Shown piece after piece: positions 60,701 to 64,000 of a stretch of 64,000 bases of DNA. The DNA is from Raillietiella orientalis (taxonomy: Eukaryota), in contig JAYWIR010000049.1 of the NCBI GenBank assembly GCA_036172245.1, positions 248,001 through 312,000 of the forward strand. The letters run 5' to 3'. A program made the translations under genes and the position numbers. The first letter of the stretch is position 1; each line of letters begins with the position of its first letter. Below the pieces are notes generated by a model. The model worked only from the letters and a program-made list of their open reading frames with translations, had not been told where the DNA came from and did no database searches.

Positions 60701-63589
60701 TTCAGTTACTGTGAAGTACCCCGATGCTTAGAGGTCTTCTCAGAGAACTGCGCATTTTGGACTCGGTACGAAGGTACAGGGCAGAAGAGGAAAACTCTTT
60801 CGACTTCTTCTACCTCATTTCGTCCATTTCACCAGCCAAAACGAGAAAAAGAGTGTTAATCCGGAGCTACCAAGTCAAAAAGGAGGGAGGGAACGAGTCA
60901 GTGGATGAGGCAGAAACGTTGTCAATTACCACGAAGATACCTATGGAATGAAAGAGTGTGCCATCAATCTTGGCGCGAAGGAATATCTTCATAAGGAACG
61001 CATGAGCAATCTTCTAATTCCCAGATCAGAAAAATACCTAATGGTATCTAACCAACAAATCACTGCTGCCCCGATTGGACCCTCGCTGTCCACGAGGATA
61101 TATAATAATCTAGATAATTTGACGCTGTCATGCCATCTGAGAAAGCTCAGAGAAGGGAAGCTGAAATTCCCTCGATCGGCTCCAGAGAAAAATTCCTCCC
61201 CCTTCCAGAGAGGCAAATTTGATTCTGTTCAGGAGGATCGGCTTCGTGCCTGATGCGAAAATGATTTTCTGATATCCTCACTTGTTAGCAACGGGAAAGA
61301 GCATCTACTAATTTTGTACGGCTACCCCTTAGAAAAATAAACTTTTGCGAAGGAAACAGTCCACAGTTGCGTGAAAAACTGGAACTTGAGAAGGTAACTC
61401 GAAGGGCACTGAAAGAACGATGCTGTTTAATGCAGGTGAAGAGATGGCAGTTTCGAACTTGAGTTTTGAGGATGAAAGGGAAGGGAAAAACTGAAATGTC
61501 CTGATATTTGAGCTCTCATCCAGAAACAACTCAGCCATTCCAGGTCAACTGATGGGCGTGACGCGAGTACCCAGGGCTGAGTGATTGGACCCCAAAATTC
61601 TAGATGATCGAACGACTATGGATTTTTCGCCACGTGCTTTTTTTCACGACACTTGAGTATCACCTGGGGTGAAGTAACCAACAGGATCTGAGTGGTGGCT
61701 CGGAGTCATCCTGCCTTTGCCCATTAGGAGGATCATTCGAGATAACTCGCTAGGAGGTGCAAACCGCCTTTGTTGTCCCGGCACGCCTGTCCGCCCACCC
61801 ACTTAAATAGGTAAATCAGAAAATAAAGTGCAATCGAAAAGGGTCGAACATCGACCTGTCCGCGACGAAAGGGTCCCGAGCCTCGCTGGGGAAACAATAA
61901 GGGGGGAAGTGAAGGGTGAGAAAAGAGATCCAAGACACAAATAAACAAACAGGGACGAAAAGGGTAATTCTGATTCCCGAGGTGCGAACCAGAGAGACAC
62001 TTTTCCGCATCATTCGCTGGATTCTTTGCGATGCGTGGAAATGAGCTATGAACGAAGATGTGGAGCATCCTGCTGTCAGCCAAGGGATGACGAGGAAGTG
62101 GAATCTTTTCCGTCTCACCCTCTCCGAAACAAGCACCTCTTCCAGCTTTTCCTCCTCCTGCTCCTTCAGGAGGACACTCCTTTTTCGACCCGCTAATCAT
62201 TCCCTGAGTTTCCGATCATCATCTGACTGAGGACCCAAGGCTTCCACTGTTTCCTCTAACCAATAGGGCAAGTGCCACACTCCCTTGCTTATCATCTTCG
62301 AGTTGGTTCAAAGTCACAAGCCTCAGCAATTAAAGTAAACATCCATTCGGCAGATGGGAATCATTCAAGATTTCATGTTTTCATGCACCTCTTGTCGCTA
62401 CCATGGAATGCTCGGTGTTAACCAACCCGTCAAACACGCATACACTGATTCCTCTCCAGCCGCCTATTCAGTCTGAGCCACCGGAATCGAACGAATGAAC
62501 ACGGAAGAATCAAAACACAGATGATGGAAAGCCCTGACGACGACTCCTTCAAGTGGAGCAACCAGAAACGTACATGGACATGTATGCATGGATGTATGTA
62601 GGAAGGGGACTTTCCTGAATCTTCTCGGATCCCTTTTGATTCCGAGAAATTAGCGGTGCAATTTCTTGGGTGCGGTCACTTTGTCGAACACTCCTGGATA
62701 TCGATGCAAAGATGGAACGTCGGGAACACTTTTTGACTTGGTTGAGAGTGCTCAAACACGGGCTCTTTGAGCACTCTCAACCAAGTCAAAAAGTTTTCGG
62801 CGTCATGCCTAATATTCTCACACCTGATAGGAAGAAGATGCAGATTGCAGAACGAGGTTTACACCACAAACAGGTTTGCGGTTCCTGGAAAGAGCAAATG
62901 CTCCTCTGTTTACTGGAAGTGCTTTTACGATGTCACGATAGATGACGCTGGCAATATTCTTCCGCGCCTGCCAATTTCGATTCTTCCTCCCGCTTAAATG
63001 AAATTCTCTCTTAGGAAGTTGCTATGTAAAGAAGGAACGCTGATCATCAGGAAAAACGTCTCTTGCACTAATCCGCGTTTGAAATTGCAGAGGCAAATGA
63101 ATGAAAGATGAGCAAGGCTAAACAGTGGGACAATACCGCGAATTTTCTCGAACCTCAACTCTTTCCGTGAACGAATTTTTGTTTACCTTTTAAGAAACAG
63201 CTGCATTCAGTGCTTATAGCGAATGAAAAGAAATATTGATCGCAACAGTATCCAAATTAAGAGGGGGAAAAAATAGCTGTGCTTTCAGTTCTCTTTATCT
63301 TCCTCGTTAATTTATTCGAATTTTCATTGAGCGGATACAAATTCATCTTGAGCGAGCGAGAAACGAAACGCATCGGAAAACGGTCAGGCAGAGACATGCA
63401 AATAAAAACATCTTAAAATATGGTTCTAGATAAAATTTCTGGAGTATACTTACGTGTACACTGGTATCGTGGAGTTGGTCCTGTACCAAAACATCATGAT
63501 CACCGTGTCGTTGTGCTGAAAGTCATCCGGCAGACACTGTAGCATCTTCTTGCTTCCGAAATGAGCCGTAAAACTCTTAATATAATGCA
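33453..63589 (-). CDS. Sidestep-family Ig-superfamily gene (5 Ig + FN3), 10 exons mapped, 5' end outside the window
   Basis: Exons 63454-63589, 58211-58416, 52235-52339, 50578-50787, 48333-48490, 41939-42086, 40258-40388, 39262-39421, 33818-34093 and 33453-33749 join with GT-AG sites and matching phases into 1827 nt without stops. Sidestep-typical motifs: [47 protein letters not shown]..PC. Confidence 0.9.
33818..34093 (-). CDS. Sidestep-like exon 9 (Ig5)
   Basis: [39 protein letters not shown]; 276 nt, phase 1-1; gttccag| and |gtcagt. Confidence 0.92.
35470..35750 (+). repeat. Purine-rich (GA) low-complexity tract (similar ones at 39770-40020 and 41030-41210)
   Basis: Strong A/G strand bias with gga/gaa iterations. 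Confidence 0.85.
37437..38290 (+). repeat. Degenerate GGTTA/TTAGG-like pentamer-rich tract
   Basis: G/T-rich and C-poor, with ggttaggttagg at 37868-37879 and many variants. A complementary C-rich patch lies at 36848-36912. Confidence 0.7.
39262..39421 (-). CDS. Sidestep-like exon 8 (Ig4 C-terminal half)
   Basis: [53 protein letters not shown]; ttttcag| and |gtaggt. Confidence 0.93.
40258..40388 (-). CDS. Sidestep-like exon 7 (Ig4 N-terminal half)
   Basis: PPTAFVSLGICLDEKNIVENQDVYFDCCTTGNPRVEDFIWKRD; tttgcag| and |gtgagt. Confidence 0.93.
41939..42086 (-). CDS. Sidestep-like exon 6 (Ig3 C-terminal half)
   Basis: IEDAQDRTVTSVVNVKLEQEHNDKTLVCRSSNPIL..EDSIRLYVL; ttctag| and |gtaaga. Confidence 0.92.
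42676..44393. repeat. Inverted repeat pair 42676-42854 / 44215-44393
   Basis: 179-bp arms with about 13 mismatches by manual alignment, and a 1360-bp spacer. Confidence 0.95.
46980..47430 (+). repeat. Degenerate (GTA/GGA)n low-complexity tract
   Basis: agtagtagg and aatgtagg iterations. Confidence 0.85.
48333..48490 (-). CDS. Sidestep-like exon 5 (Ig3 N-terminal half)
   Basis: APLTTSII..LRVGAVLRAVCQSLGSYPTSEIVWFLQEKEL; gttccag| and |gtaaga. Confidence 0.92.
48750..50110. repeat. Second copy of the 26.8-27.8 kb element with tandem sub-repeats (intronic)
   Basis: Recurrent tctttcgcatc(c/t)tcttactc..cacgtgacc..gcac(g/a)atgac units; homologous to 26780-27780. Confidence 0.8.
50578..50787 (-). 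CDS. Sidestep-like exon 4 (Ig2 C-terminal half)
   Basis: HPNVRLEWWNGTRIL..IRNLQRFHHGSNLSCVAINEL..VSSSVIIHVV; ctttcag| and |gtaagt; 210 nt. Confidence 0.93.
52235..52339 (-). CDS. Sidestep-like exon 3 (Ig2 N-terminal half)
   Basis: LPDIPITYYSSTGVGNGTFFHEGDDVEITCEART; ttcccag| and |gtaagt; 105 nt; this frame is not in the ORF track. Confidence 0.9.
55750..56900 (+). pseudogene. Decayed C2H2/C2HC zinc-finger gene relic, antisense within an intron
   Basis: HPCKVAVRVFFTSSQSREHGKMH (56305-56373) and CRY*..KHFNTSFV*TWHKKRC (56592-56666) keep the F-x5-L-x2-H-x3-H/C spacing, with key residues mutated. Confidence 0.45.
57052..57185 (+). repeat. ~47-48-bp tandem repeat, ~3 copies
   Basis: ggcatg..aaggattggaggtcg..atgaagga occurs three times. 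Confidence 0.85.
58211..58416 (-). CDS. Sidestep-like exon 2 (Ig1 V-set C-terminal half)
   Basis: FDRRY..[35 protein letters not shown]; tttgtag| and |gtactt. Confidence 0.93.
59101..59306 (+). repeat. 50-bp minisatellite: 3 near-perfect copies plus 1 degenerate copy
   Basis: gtcaccgtaattgtcgtcaatgatgtccatataattggccacctcaatcg starts at 59101, 59151 and 59201. Confidence 0.97.
62728..62794. repeat. Perfect fold-back, 29-bp arms with a 9-nt loop
   Basis: actttttgacttggttgagagtgctcaaa-cacgggctc-tttgagcactctcaaccaagtcaaaaagt. Confidence 0.97.
63454..63589 (-). CDS. Sidestep-like exon 1 in this window (Ig1 N-terminal half)
   Basis: HYIKSFTAHFGSKKMLQCLPDDFQHNDTVIMMFWYRTNSTIPVYT; cttgcag| and |gtaagt; phase 2 matches the next exon. 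Confidence 0.9.
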
Positions 63590-64000
63590 CTGCAAGCAAA
63601 TCTTTGCTTTATATGAATACATGCTAATGCTGCCACACTCCACAAGACACAGCGGCTTTGGTGGATTCTACGCAAACACTGCGTAGAATCCGATAATTTC
63701 TAGAATTTGGAAGTTTCAATTACTACGAAGAGACCGGCGCTGGTAGCGAGGTAACGGATTCCAATAGTTCCCTTCGCTGAAATCTCCTTTTTTGTACTTT
63801 TTTATAAATATTGAACGGCTTATAAAATTTTTAGCGCGATTTCTTTGTAAACCTCACAGCATTGCAAGTGATGGTGCCTCATTCCCAGACAACAACAAAT
63901 CGATCAGTTTCCACTTCTGGTATCTTGTATCTTTCAAAAGTCCATTTTTACAGAGGAATAGGCCAACAGATCGATGGCCTATTGATAAATAGCGTGAAGA

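Overview
This is eukaryotic, arthropod-like genomic DNA. The right half (~33.4-63.6 kb) carries a spliced minus-strand Sidestep/nephrin-like immunoglobulin-superfamily gene. Ten exons join through GT-AG introns with consistent phases into ~609 open codons (5 Ig domains plus a divergent FN3). Its signal-peptide exon probably lies beyond the right edge, and I found no transmembrane exon. The left half and the introns are a mosaic of short, decayed, frequently flipped L1/Tx1-like LINE fragments, minisatellites and low-complexity tracts. Notable extras: (1) an intronless, stop-disrupted Shroom ASD2 copy whose upstream part is inverted, sitting between two halves of a LINE RT; (2) two ~93% identical inverted-repeat pairs bracketing 1.4-1.7 kb; (3) two perfect 29-bp-arm fold-backs; (4) a conserved ~89-nt hairpin in a duplicated element; (5) decayed zinc-finger relics antisense in the introns. 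Together these hint at a recurrent micro-inversion/fold-back process. All calls come from manual reading, with no database searches, and transposon boundaries are approximate.
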